From Paragordius varius (taxonomy: Eukaryota > Animalia > Nematomorpha): a stretch of DNA of 64,000 nucleotides. Shown here piece by piece: positions 27,401 through 41,680 of this stretch; positions within the stretch are counted from its first letter, which is position 1, and every line of letters begins with the position of its first letter. The stretch is taken from positions 930,001-994,000 of the forward strand of contig OZ176051.1 of assembly GCA_964247055.1 (NCBI GenBank), read 5' to 3'. The position numbers and the translations under genes were made by a program. The notes under the pieces are model-generated. The model saw nothing but the letters and a program-made list of their open reading frames with translations. It did not search any database and had not been told where the DNA came from.

Positions 27401-28330
27401 AAACTTTGTCCTTAAAAATCGGATATTGGTCAACCGGTGAACAAAATTATTTTTTATACATTCTCTTAGTAGGACTACATCAAAATATAGAGATAGTTTG
27501 GCAAACTCTTTCATATCCGATTTTTACAACGATACTTTAAAAATTAATGTATAAAACTAGTCGCATCAATACTCAAGTTAAACTTTGTCCTTAAAAATCG
27601 GATATTGTTCACCGGTGAACAAAATTATTTTTTATACATTCTCTTAGCAAGACTACATCAAAATATAGAGATAGTTTGACAAATTCTTTCATATCCGATT
27701 TTTACAACGATACTTTGTAAATTAATGTATAAAACTAGTCGCATCAATACTCAAGTTAAACTTTGTCTATTAAAAATCGGATATTGGTCACCGGTGAACA
27801 AAATTATTTTTTATACATTCTCTTAGTAAGACTACATCAAAATATAGCAACGATACTTTAAAAATTAATGTATTAAACTAGTGGCATCAATACTCAAGTT
27901 AAACTTTGTCCTTAAAAATCGGATATTGGTCACCGGTGAACAAAATTATTTTATTTACATTCTCTTAGTAAGACTACATCAAAATATAGAGATAGTTTGA
28001 CAAACTCTTTTATATCCGATTTTTACAACGATACTTTAAAAATTAATGTATTAAACTAGTGGCATCAATACTCAAGTTAAACTTTGTCCTTAAAAATCGG
28101 ATATTGGTCACCGGTGAACAAAATTATTTTTTATACATTCTCTTAGCAAGACTACATCAAAATATAGAGATAGTTTGACAAACTTTTTCATATCCGATTT
28201 TTACATCGATACTTTAAAAATTATGGTATTAAACCAGTCGCATCAATACTCAAGTTAAACATTGTCCTTAAAAATCGGATATTGGTCACCGGTGAACAAA
28301 ACTATTTTTTATGCATTCTCTTAGTAAGAC
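24497..28330. repeat. 9-monomer higher-order repeat, period 1627 bp (contains a 546-bp 3-mer sub-repeat), 2 full copies plus a partial third
   Basis: agtggcatc 24661/26288; atgcattc 24914/26541, third at 28311 (=1627+143). Monomer starts 24497, 26124, 27751. atatccaattt recurs with 546-bp spacing. Confidence 0.9.
27751..27893 (+). repeat. 143-bp deletion monomer (36-bp loss)
   Basis: aaaatatag|caacgatac at 27839-27856. Monomer starts 27751 and 27894. Confidence 0.93.
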
Positions 28331-31300
28331 TACATCGAAATATAGAGATAGTTTGACAAACTCTTTCATATCCGATTTTTACAACGATACTTTAAAAATT
28401 AATGTACAAAACTAGTCGTATCAATAAATCGCATCAATACTCAAGTTAAACTTTCTCCTTAAAAATCGGATATTGGTCACCGGTGAACAAAATTATTTTT
28501 TATACATTCTCTTAGTAAGACTACATCAAAATATAGAGATAGTTTGACAAACTCTTTCATATCCGATTTTTACAACGATATTTAAAAATTAATATATAAA
28601 ACTAGTCGTATCAATAAATCGCATACACACTCAAGTTAAACTTTGTCCTTAAAAATCGGATATTGGTCAACCGGTGAACAAAATTATTTTTTATACATTC
28701 TCTTAGTAGGACTACATCAAAATATAGAGATAGTTTGGCAAACTCTTTCATATCCGATTTTTACAACGATACTTTAAAAATTAATGTTTTAAACTAGTCG
28801 CATCAATACTCAACTTAAACTTTGTCCTTAAAAATCGGATATTGGTCACCGGTGAACAAAATTATTTCTTATACATTCTCTTAGCAAGACTACATCAAAA
28901 TATAGAAATAGTTTGACAAATTCTTTCATATCCGATTTTTACAACGATACTTTAAAAATTAATGTATAAAACTAGTCGCATCAATACTCAAGTTAAACTT
29001 TGTCCTTAAAAATCGGATATTGGTCACCGGTGAACAAAATTATTTTATTTACATTCTCTTAGTAAGACTACATCAAAATATAGAAATAGTTTGACAAACT
29101 CTTTCATATCCGATTTTTACAACGATACTTTAAAAATTTATGTATTAAACTAGTCGCATCAATACTCAAGTTAAACTTTCTCCTTAAAAATCGGATATTG
29201 GTCACCGGTGAACAAAACTATTTTTTATACATTCTCTTAGTAAGACTACATCAAAATATAGAGATAGTTTGACAAACTCTTTCATATCCGATTTTTACAA
29301 CGATATTTAAAAATTAATATATAAAACTAGTCGTATCAATAAATCGCATACATACTCAAGTTAAACTTTGTCCTTAAAAATCGGATATTGGTCAACCTGT
29401 GAACAAAATTATTTTTTATACATTCTCTTAGTAGGACTACATCAAAATATAGAGATAGTTTGGAAAACTCTTTCATATCCGATTTTTACAACGATACTTT
29501 AAAAATTAATGTATAAAACTAGTCGCATCAATACTAAAGTTAAACTTTGTCCTTAAAAATCGGATATTGGTCACCGGTGAACAAAATTATTTTTTATACA
29601 TTCTCTTAGTAAGACTACATCAAAATATAGAAATAGTTTGACAAATTCTTTCATATCCGATTTTTACAACGATACTTTAAAAATTATGGTATTAAACCAG
29701 TCGCATCAATACTCAAGCTAAACATTGTCCTTAAAAATCGGATATTGGTCACCGCTGAACAAAACTATTTTTTATACATTCTCTTAGTAAGACTACATCA
29801 AAATATAGAGATAGTTTGAGAAACTCTTTCATATCCGATTTTTACAACGATATTTAAAAATTAATATATAAAACTAGTCGTATCAATAAATCGCATACAC
29901 ACTCAAGTTAAACTTTGTCCTTAAAAATCGGATATTGGTCAACCGGTGAACAAAATTATTTTTTATACATTCTCTTAGTAAGACTACATCAAAATATAGA
30001 GATAATTTGACAAACTCTTTCATATCTGATTTTTACAACGATACTTTAAAAATAAATGTATAAAACTAGGCGTATCAATACTCAAGTTAAACTTTGTCCT
30101 TAAAAATCGGATATTGGTCACCGGTGAACAAAATTATTTTTTATGCATTCTCTTAGTAAGATTACATCAAAATATAGAGATAGTTTGACAAACTCTTTCA
30201 TATCCAATTTTTACAACGATACTTTAAAAATTATGGTATTAAACCAGTCGCATCAATACTCAAGTTAAACTTTGTCCTTAAAAATCGAATATTGGTCACC
30301 GGTGAACAAAATTATTTTTTATACATTCTCTTAGGAGTACATCAAAATATAGAAATAGTTTGACAAACTCTTTCATATTCGATTTTTACAACGATACTTT
30401 AAAAATTAATGTATTAAACTAGTCGCATCAATACTCAAGCTAAACATTGTCCTTAAAAATCGGATATTGGTCACCGGTGAACAAAACTATTTTTTATACA
30501 TTCTCTTAGTAAGACTACATCAAAATATAGAGATAGTTTGACAAACTCTTTTATATCCGATTTTTACAACGATACTTTAAAAATTAATGTATAAAACTAG
30601 TCGTATCAATAAATCGCATCAATACTCAAGTTAAACTTTCTCCTTAAAAATCGGATATTGGTCACCGGTGAACAAAACTATTTTTTATACATTCTCTTAG
30701 TAAGACTACATCAAAATATAGAGATAGTTTGACAAACTCTTTCATATCCGATTTTTACAACGATATTTAAAAATTAATATATAAAACTAGGCGTATCAAT
30801 AAATCGCATCAATACTCAAGTTAAACTTTGTCCTTAAAAATCGGATATTGGTCACCGGTGAACAAAATTATTTTTTATACATTCTCTTAGTAGGACTACA
30901 TCAAAATATAGAGATAGTTTGGCAAACTCTTTCATATCCGATTTTTGCAACGATACTTTAAAAATTAATGTATAAAACTAGTCGCATCAATACTCAAGTT
31001 AAACTTTGTCCTTAAAAATCGGATATTGGTCACCGGTGAACAAAATTATTTTATTTACATTCTCTTAGTAAGACTACATCAAAATATAGAAATAGTTTGA
31101 CAAACTCTTTCATATCCGATTTTTGCAACGATACTTTAAAAATTAATGTATTAAACTAGTCGCATCAATACTCAAGTTAAACTTTGTCCTTAAAAATCGG
31201 ATATTGTTCACCGGTGAACAAAATTATTTTTAATACATTCTCTTAGCAAGACTACATCAAAATATAGAGATAGTTTGACAAATTCTTTCATATCCGATTT

Positions 31301-34300
31301 TTACAACGATACTTTGTAAATTAATGTATAAAACTAGTCGCATCAATACTCAAGTTAAACTTTGTCTATTAAAAATCGGATATTGGTCACCGGTGAACAA
31401 AATTATTTTTTATACATTCTCTTAGTAAGACTACATCAAAATATAGAAATAGTTTGACAAATTCTTTCATATCCGATTTTTACAACGATACTTTAAAAAT
31501 TAATGTATTAAACTAGTCGCATCAATACTCAAGTTAAACTTTGTCCTTAAAAATCGGATATTGGTCACCGGTGAACAAAATTATTTTATTTACATTCTCT
31601 TAGTAAGACTACATCAAAATATAGAGATAGTTTGACAAACTCTTTTATATCCGATTTTTACAACGATACTTTAAAAATTAATGTATAAAACTAGGCGTAT
31701 CAATAAATCGCATCAATACTCAAGTTAAACTTTGTCCTTAAAAATCGGATATTGGTCACCGGTGAACAAAATTATTTTTTATACATTCTCTTAGTAGGAC
31801 CACATCAAAATATAGAGATAGTTTGGCAAACTCTTTCATATCCGATTTTTACAACGATACTTTAAAAATTAATGTATTAAACTAGTCGCATCAATACTCA
31901 ACTTAAACTTTGTCCTTGAAAATCGGATATTGGTCACCGGTGAACAAAATTATTTTTTATACATTCTCTTAGCAAGACTACATCAAAATATAGAGATAGT
32001 TTGACAAACTTTTTCATATCCGATTTTTACATCGATACTTTAAAAATTATGGTATTAAACCAGTCGCATCAATACTCAAGTTAAACATTGTCCTTAAAAA
32101 TCGGATATTGGTCACCGGTGAACAAAACTATTTTTTATACATTCTCTTAGTAAGACTACATCGAAATATAGAGATAGTTTGACAAACTCTTTCATATCCG
32201 ATTTTTACAACGATACTTTAAAAATTAATGTATAAAACTAGTCGTATCAATAAATCGCATCAATACTCAAGTTAAACTTTCTCCTTAAAAATCGGATATT
32301 GGTCACCGGTGAACAAAATTATTTTTTATACATTCTCTTAGTAGGACTACATCAAAATATAGAGATAGTTTGGCAAACTCTTTCATATCCGATTTTTACA
32401 ACGATATTTAAAAATTAATGTATAAAACTAGTCGCATCAATACTCAAGTTAAACTTTGTCCTTAAAAATCGGATATTGGTCACCGGTGAACAAAATTATT
32501 TTTTATACATTCTCTTAGTAAGACTACATCAAAATATAGAGATAGTTTGACAAACTCTTTCATATCCGATTTTTACAACGATATTTAAAAATTAATATAT
32601 AAAACTAGTCGTATCAATAAATCGCATACACACTCAAGTTAAACTTTGTCCTTAAAAATCGGATATTGGTCAACCGGTGAACAAAATTATTTTTTATACA
32701 TTCTCTTAGTAGGACTACATCAAAATATAGAGATAGTTTGGCAAACTCTTTCATATCCGATTTTTACAACGATACTTTAAAAATTAATGTATAAAACTAG
32801 TCGCATCAATACTCAAGTTAAACTTTGTCCTTAAAAATGGGATATTGGTCACCGGTGAACAAAATTATTTTTTATACATTCTCTTAGTAGGACTACATCA
32901 AAATATAGCAAATAGTTTAAATTCTTTCATATCCGATTTTTACAACGATACTTTAAAATTTAATGTTTTAAACTAGTCGCATAATACTCAACTTAAACTT
33001 TGTCCTTAAAAATCGGATATTGGTCACCGGTGAACAAAATTATTTCTTATACATTCTCTTAGCAAGACTACATCAAAATATAGAAATAGTTTGACAAATT
33101 CTTTCATATCCGATTTTTACAACGATACTTTAAAAATTAATGTATAAAACTAGTCGCATCAATACTCAAGTTAAACTTTGTCCTTAAAAATCGGATATTG
33201 GTCACCGGTGAACAAAATTATTTTATTTACATTCTCTTAGTAAGACTACATCAAAATATAGAAATAGTTTGACAAACTCTTTCATATCCGATTTTTACAA
33301 CGATACTTTAAAAATTTATGTATTAAACTAGTCGCATCAATACTCAAGTTAAACTTTGTCCTTAAAAATCGTATATTGTTCACCGGTGAACAAAATTATT
33401 TTTTATACATTCTCTTAGCAAGTCTACATCAAAATATAGAGATAGTTTGACAAACTCTTTCATATCCGATTTTTACAACGATATTTAAAAATTAATATAT
33501 AAAACTAGTCGTATCAATAAATCGCATACACACTCAAGTTAAACTTTGTCCTTAAAAATCGGATATTGGTCAACCGGTGAACAAAATTATTTTTTATACA
33601 TTCTCTTAGTAGGACTACATCAAAATATAGAGATAGTTTGGCAAACTCTTTCATATCCGATTTTTACAACGATACTTTAAAAATTAATGTATAAAACTAG
33701 TCGCATCAATACTCAAGTTAAACTTTGTCCTTAAAAATCGGATATTGTTCACCGGTGAACAAAATTATTTTTTATACATTCTCTTAGCAAGACTACATCA
33801 AAATATAGAGATAGTTTGACAAATTCTTTCATATCCGATTTTTACAACGATACTTTGTAAATTAATGTATAAAACTAGTCGCATCAATACTCAAGTTAAA
33901 CTTTGTCTATTAAAAATCGGATATTGGTCACCGGTGAACAAAATTATTTTTTATACATTCTCTTAGTAAGACTACATCAAAATATAGAAATAGTTTGACA
34001 AATTCTTTCATATCCGATTTTTACAACGATACTTTAAAAATTAATGTATTAAACTAGTCGCATCAATACTCAAGTTAAACTTTGTCCTTAAAAATCGGAT
34101 ATTGGTCACCGGTGAACAAAATTATTTTATTTACATTCTCTTAGTAAGACTACATCAAAATATAGAGATAGATTGGCAAACTCTTTCATATCCGATTTTT
34201 ACAACGATACTTTAAAAATTAATGTATACAACTAGTCGCATCAATACTCAAGTTAAACTTTAACTATTAAAAATCGGATATTGGTCACCGGTGAACAAAA

Positions 34301-37300
34301 TTATTTTTTATACATTCTCTTAGTAAGACTACATCAAAATATAGAAATAGTTTGACAAATTCTTTCATATCCGATTTTTACAACGATACTTTAAAAATTA
34401 ATGTATTAAACTAGTCGCATCAATACTCAACTTAAATTGTCCTTGAAAATCGGATATTGGTCACCGGTGAACAAAATTATTTTTTATACATTCTCTTAGT
34501 AAGACTACATCAAAATATAGAAATAGTTTGACAAATTCTTTCATATCCGATTTTTACAACGATACTTTAAAAATTAATGTATTAAACTAGTCGCATCAAT
34601 ACTCAACTTAAATTGTCCTTGAAAATCGGATATTGGTCACCGGTGAACAAAATTATTTTTTATACATTCACTTAGCAAGACTACATCAAAATATAGAGAT
34701 AGTTTGACAAACTTTTTCATATCCGATTTTTACATCGATACTTTAAAAATTATGGTATTAAACCAGTCGCATCAATACTCAAGTTAAACATTGTCCTTAA
34801 AAATCGGATATTGGTCACCGGTGAACAAAACTATTTTTTATACATTCTCTTAGTAAGACTACATCGAAATATAGAGATAGTTTGACAAACTCTTTCATAT
34901 CCGATTTTTACAACGATACTTTAAAAATTAATGTATTAAACTAGTCGCATCAATACTCAACTTAAATTGTCCTTGAAAATCGGATATTGGTCACCGGTGA
35001 ACAAAATTATTTTTTATACATTCTCTTAGCAAGACTACATCAAAATATAGAGATAGTTTGACAAACTTTTTCATATCCGATTTTTACATCGATACTTTAA
35101 AAATTATGGTATTAAACCAGTCGCATCAATACTCAAGTTAAACTTTGTCCTTAAAAATCGTATATTGTTCACCGGTGAACAAAATTATTTTTTATACATT
35201 CTCTTAGCAAGTCTACATCAAAATATAGAGATAGTTTGACAAACTCTTTCATATCCGATTTTTACAACGATATTTAAAAATTAATATATAAAACTAGTCG
35301 TATCAATAAATCGCATACACACTCAAGTTAAACTTTGTCCTTAAAAATCGGATATTGGTCAACCGGTGAACAAAATTATTTTTTATACATTCTCTTAGTA
35401 GGACTACATCAAAATATAGAGATAGTTTGGCAAACTCTTTCATATCCGATTTTTACAACGATACTTTAAAAATTAATGTATAAAACTAGTCGCATCAATA
35501 CTCAAGTTAAACTTTGTCCTTAAAAATGGGATATTGGTCACCGGTGAACAAAATTATTTTTTATACATTCTCTTAGTAAGACTACATCAAAATATAGAAA
35601 TAGTTTGACAAATTCTTTCATATCCGATTTTTACAACGATACTTTAAAAATTAATGTATTAAACTAGTCGCATCAATACTCAACTTAAACTTTGTCCTTA
35701 AAAATCGGATATTGGTCACCGGTGAACAAAATTATTTTTTATACATTCTCTTAGCAAGACTACATCAAAATATAGAGATAGTTTGGCAAACTCTTTCATA
35801 TCCGATTTTTACAACGATACTTTAAAAATTAATGTATTAAACTAGTCGCATCAATACTCAACTTAAACTTTGTCCTTAAAAATCGGATATTGGTCACCGG
35901 TGAACAAAATTATTTTTTATACATTCTCTTAGCAAGACTACATCAAAATATAGAGATAGTTTGGCAAACTCTTTCATATCCGATTTTTACAACGATACTT
36001 TAAAAATTAATGTATAAAACTAGTCGCATCAATACTCAACTTAAACTTTGTCCTTAAAAATCATATATTGGTCACCGGTGAACAAAACTATTTTTTATAC
36101 ATCTTAGTAAGACTACATCAAAATATAGAGATAGTTTGACAAACTCTTTCATATCCGATTTTTACAACGATATTTAAAAATTAATATATAAAACTAGTCG
36201 TATCAATAAATCGCATACATACTCAAGTTAAACTTTGTCCTTAAAAATCGGATATTGGTCACCGGTGAACAAAATTATTTTTTATACATTCTCTTAGTAA
36301 GACTACATCAAAATATAGAAATAGTTTGACAAATTCTTTCATATCCGATTTTTACAACGATACTTTAAAAATTAATGTATTAAACCAGTCGCATCAATAC
36401 TCAAGTTAAACTTTGTCCTTAAAAATCGAATATTGGTCACCGGTGAACAAAACTATTTTTTATACATTCTCTTAGTAAGACTACATCAAAATATAGAGAT
36501 AGTTTGGCAAACTGTTTCATATCCGATTTTTACAACGATACTTTAAAAATTAATGTATAAAACTAGTCGCATCAATACTCAAGTTAAACTTTGTCCTTAA
36601 AAATCGAATATTGGTCACCGGTGAACAAAACTATTTTTTATACATTCTCTTAGTAAGACTACATCAAAATATAGAGATAGTTTGGCAAACTGTTTCATAT
36701 CCGATTTTTACAACGATACTTTAAAAATTAATGTATAAAACTAGTCGCATCAATACTCAAGTTAAACTTTGTCCTTGAAAATCGAATATTGGTCACCGGT
36801 GAACAAAATAATTTTTTATACATTCTCTTAGGAGTACATCAAAATATAGAAATAGTTTGACAAACTCTTTCATATGCGATTTTTACAACGATGCTTTAAA
36901 AATTAATGTATTAAACTAGTCGCATCAATACTCAAGCTAAACATTGTCCTTAAAAATCGGATATTGGTCACCGGTGAACAAAACTATTTTTTATACATTC
37001 TCTTAGTAAGACTACATCAAAATATAGAGATAGTTTGACAAACTCTTTCATATCCGATTTTTACAACGATATTTAAAAATTAATATATAAAACTAGTCGT
37101 ATCAATAAATCGCATACATACTCAAGTTAAACTTTGTCCTTAAAAATCGGATATTGGTCACCGGTGAACAAAATTATTTTTTATACATTCTCTTAGTAAG
37201 ACTACATCAAAATATAGAAATAGTTTGACAAATTCTTTCATATCCGATTTTTACAACGATACTTTAAAAATTAATGTATAAAACTAGTCGGATCAATACT

Positions 37301-38758
37301 CAAGCTAAACTTTGTTCTTAAAAATCGGATATTGGTCACCGGTGAACAAAATTATTTTTTATACATTCTCTTAGTAAGACTACATCAAAATATAGAGATA
37401 GTTTGACAAACTCTTTCATATCCGATTTTTACAACGATACTTTAAAAATTATGGTATTAAACCAGTCGCATCAATACTCAAGTTAAACTTTGTCCTTAAA
37501 AATCGAATATTGGTCACCGGTGAACAAAACTATTTTTTATACATTCTCTTAGTAAGACTACATCAAAATATAGAGATAGTTTGACAAACTCTTTCATATC
37601 CGATTTTTACAACGATACTTTAAAAATTATGGTATTAAACCAGTCGCATCAATACTCAAGTTAAACTTTGTCCTTAAAAATCGGATATTGGTCACCGGTG
37701 AACAAAATTATTTTTTATACATTCTCTTAGTAGGACTACATCAAAATATAGAGATAGCTTGGCAAACTGTTTCATATCCGATTTTTACAACGATACTTTA
37801 AAAATAAATTTATAAAACTAGTCGCATCAATACTCAAGTTAAACTTTGTCCTTAAAAATCGAATATTGGTCACCGGTGAACAAAATTATTTTTTATACAT
37901 TCTCTTAGGAGTACATCAAAATATAGAAATAGTTTGACAAACTCTTTCATATTCGATTTTTACAACGATACTTTAAAAATTAATGTATTAAACTAGTCGC
38001 ATCAATACTCAAGCTAAACATTGTCCTTAAAAATCGGATATTGGTCACCGGTGAACAAAATTATTTTTTATACATTCTCTTAGTAAGACTACATCAAAAT
38101 ATAGAAATAGTTTGACAAACTCTTTCATATCCGATTTTTACAACGATACTTTAAAAATTAATATATAAAACTAGTCGTATCAATAAATCGCATCAATACT
38201 CAAGTTAAACTTTCTCCTTAAAAATCGGATATTGGTCACCGGTGAACAAAACTATTTTTTATACATTCTCTTAGTAAGACTACATCAAAATATAGAGATA
38301 GTTTGACAAACTCTTTCATATCCGATTTTTACAACGATATTTAAAAATTAATATATAAAACTAGTCGTATCAATAAATCGCATCAATACTCAAGTTAAAC
38401 TTTCTCCTTAAAAATCGGATATTGGTCACCGGTGAACAAAACTATTTTTTATACATTCTCTTAGTAAGACTACATCAAAATATAGAGATAGTTTGACAAA
38501 CTCTTTCATATCCGATTTTTACAACGATATTTAAAAATTAATATATAAAACTAGTCGTATCAATAAATCGCAAACACACTCAAGTTAAACTTTGTCCTTA
38601 AAAATCGGATATTGGTCAACCGGTGAACAAAATTATTTTTTATACATTCTCTTAGTAGGACTACATCAAAATATAGAGATAGTTTGGCAAACTCTTTCAT
38701 ATCCGATTTTTACAACGATACTTTAAAAATTAATGTATAAAACTAGTCGCATCAATAC

Positions 38759-41680
38759 TCAAGTTAAACTTTGTCCTTAAAAATCGGATATTGGTCACCG
38801 GTGAACAAAATTATTTTTTATACATTCTCTTAGTAAGACTACATCAAAATATAGAAATAGTTTGACAAATTCTTTCATATCCGATATTTACAACGATACT
38901 TTAAAAATTAATGTATTAAACTAGTCGCATCAATACTCAAGTTAAACTTTGTCCTTAAAAATCGGATATTGGTCACCGGTAAACAAAACTATTTTTTATA
39001 CATTCTCTTAGTAAGACTACATCAAATATAGAGATAGTTTGACAAATTCTTTCATATCCGATTTTTACAACGATACTTTAAAAATTAATGTATAAAACTA
39101 GTCGTATCAATAAATCGCATCAATACTCAAGTTAAACTTTCTCCTTAAAAATCGGATATTGGTCACCGGTGAACAAAACTATTTTTTATACATTCTCTTA
39201 GTAAGACTACATCAAAATATAGAGATAGTTTGACAAACTCTTTCATATCCGATTTTTACAACGATATTTAAAAATTAATATATAAAACTAGTCGTATCAA
39301 TAAATCGCATACACACTCAAGTTAAACTTTGTCCTTAAAAATCGGATATTGGTCAACCGGTGAACAAAATTATTTTTTATACATTCTCTTAGTAGGACTA
39401 CATCAAAATATAGAGATAGTTTGGCAAACTCTTTCATATCCGATTTTTTACAACGATACTTTAAAAATAAATGTATAAAACTAGTCGCATCAATACTCAA
39501 GTTAAACTTTGTCCTTAAAAATCGGATATTGGTCACCGGTGAACAAAATTATTTTTTATACATTCTCTTAGTAAGACTACATCAAAATATAGAAATAGTT
39601 TGACAAATTCTTTCATATCCGATTTTTACAACGATACTTTAAAAATTAATGTATTAAACTAGTCGCATCAATACTCAAGCTAAACATTGTCCTTAAAAAT
39701 CGGATATTGGTCACCGCTGAACAAAACTATTTTTTATACATTCTCTTAGTAAGACTACATCAAAATATAGAGATAGTTTGACAAACTCTTTCATATCCGA
39801 TTTTTACAACGATATTTAAAAATTAATATATAAAACTAGTCGTATCAATAAATCGCATCAATACTCAAGTTAAACTTTGTCCTTAAAAATCGGATATTGG
39901 TCAACCGGTGAACAAAATTATTTTTTATACATTCTCTTAGTAGGACTACATCAAAATATAGAGATAGTTTGGCAAACTCTTTCATATCCGATTTTTACAA
40001 CGATACTTTAAAAATTAATGTATAAAACTAGTCGCATCAATACTCAAGTTAAACTTTGTCCTTAAAAATCGGATATTGGTCACCGGTGAACAAAATTATT
40101 TTTTATACATTCTCTTAGTAAGACTACATCAAAATATAGAAATAGTTTGACAAATTCTTTCATATCCGATTTTTACAACGATACTTTAAAAATTAATGTA
40201 TAAAACTAGTCGCATCAATACTCAAAACTTTGTCCTTAAAAATCGGATATTGGTCACCGGTGAACAAAATTATTTTTTATACATTCTCTTAGTAAGACTA
40301 CATCAAAATATAGAAATAGTTTGACAAATTCTTTCATATCCGATATTTACAACGATACTTTAAAAATTAATGTATTAAACTAGTCGCATCAATACTCAAG
40401 TTAAACTTTGTCCTTAAAAATCGGATATTGGTCACCGGTAAACAAAACTATTTTTTATACATTCTCTTAGTAAGACTACATCAAATATAGAGATAGTTTG
40501 ACAAACTCTTTCATATCCGATTTTTACAACGATACTTTAAAAATTAATGTATAAAACTAGTCGTATCAATAAATCGCATCAATACTCAAGTTAAACTTTC
40601 TCCTTAAAAATCGGATATTGGTCACCGGTGAACAAAACTATTTTTTATACATTCTCTTAGTAAGACTACATCAAAATATAGAGATAGTTTGACAAACTCT
40701 TTCATATCCGATTTTTACAACGATATTTAAAAATTAATATATAAAACTAGTCGTATCAATAAATCGCATACACACTCAAGTTAAACTTTGTCCTTAAAAA
40801 TCGGATATTGGTCAACCGGTGAACAAAATTATTTTTTATACATTCTCTTAGTAGGACTACATCAAAATATAGAGATAGTTTGGCAAACTCTTTCATATCC
40901 GATTTTTTACAACGATACTTTAAAAATTAATGTATAAAACTAGTCGCATCAATACTCAAGTTAAACTTTGTCCTTAAAAATCGGATATTGGTCACCGGTG
41001 AACAAAATTATTTTTTATACATTCTCTTAGTAAGACTACATCAAAATATAGAAATAGTTTGACAAATTCTTTCATATCCGATTTTTACAACGATACTTTA
41101 AAAATTAATGTATTAAACTAGTCGCATCAATACTCAAGCTAAACATTGTCCTTAAAAATCGGATATTGGTCACCGCTGAACAAAACTATTTTTTATACAT
41201 TCTCTTAGTAAGACTACATCAAAATATAGAGATAGTTTGAGAAACTCTTTCATATCCGATTTTTACAACGATACTTTAAAAATTAATGTATAAAACTAGT
41301 CGTATCAATAAATCGTATCAATACTCAAGTTAAACTTTGTCCTTAAAAATCGGATATTGGTCAACCGGTGAACAAAATTATTTTTTATACATTCTCTTAG
41401 TAGGACTACATCAAAATATAGAGATAGTTTGGCAAACTCTTTCATATCCGATTTTTACAACGATACTTTAAAAATTAATGTATAAAACTAGTCGCATCAA
41501 TACTCAAGTTAAACTTTGTCCTTAAAAATCGGATATTGGTCACCGGTGAACAAAATTATTTTTTATACATTCTCTTAGTAAGACTACATCAAAATATAGA
41601 AATAGTTTGACAAATTCTTTCATATCCGATTTTTACAACGATACTTTAAAAATTAATGTATAAAACTAGTCGTATCAATA
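38759..41680. repeat. 8-monomer (1459-bp) tandem duplication
   Basis: ccgatattta 38881/40340; ggtcaccggtaaac 38971/40430; ccgctg 39714/41173. Confidence 0.88.

Larger units (their letters stand above)
20030..33710. repeat. About 4.4-kb block (about 20.0-24.5 kb) repeated at about 29.25-33.7 kb (offset 9233, then 9220, 9041, 9219)
   Basis: gagataattt 20766/29999; aaaatcgaat 21061/30281; atttttgcaa 21721/30941; tctatt monomer 22130/31350; cgaaa 23121/32162; tagcaaat 23687/32906. Offset changes equal a 13-bp indel or whole-monomer indels. Confidence 0.85.

Noticed and set aside
39297-39536. 79-aa minus-strand ORF from the ORF track
   Set aside because: It lies wholly in satellite, starts at GTG, and repeats the monomer translation (TNIRFLRTKFNLS twice). 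It is open only because local variants remove stops. There is no coding signal.
39421-39603. 60-aa plus-strand ORF from the ORF track
   Set aside because: TTG start, about one monomer long, and overlapping the other ORF. A chance open frame in AT-rich repeat.
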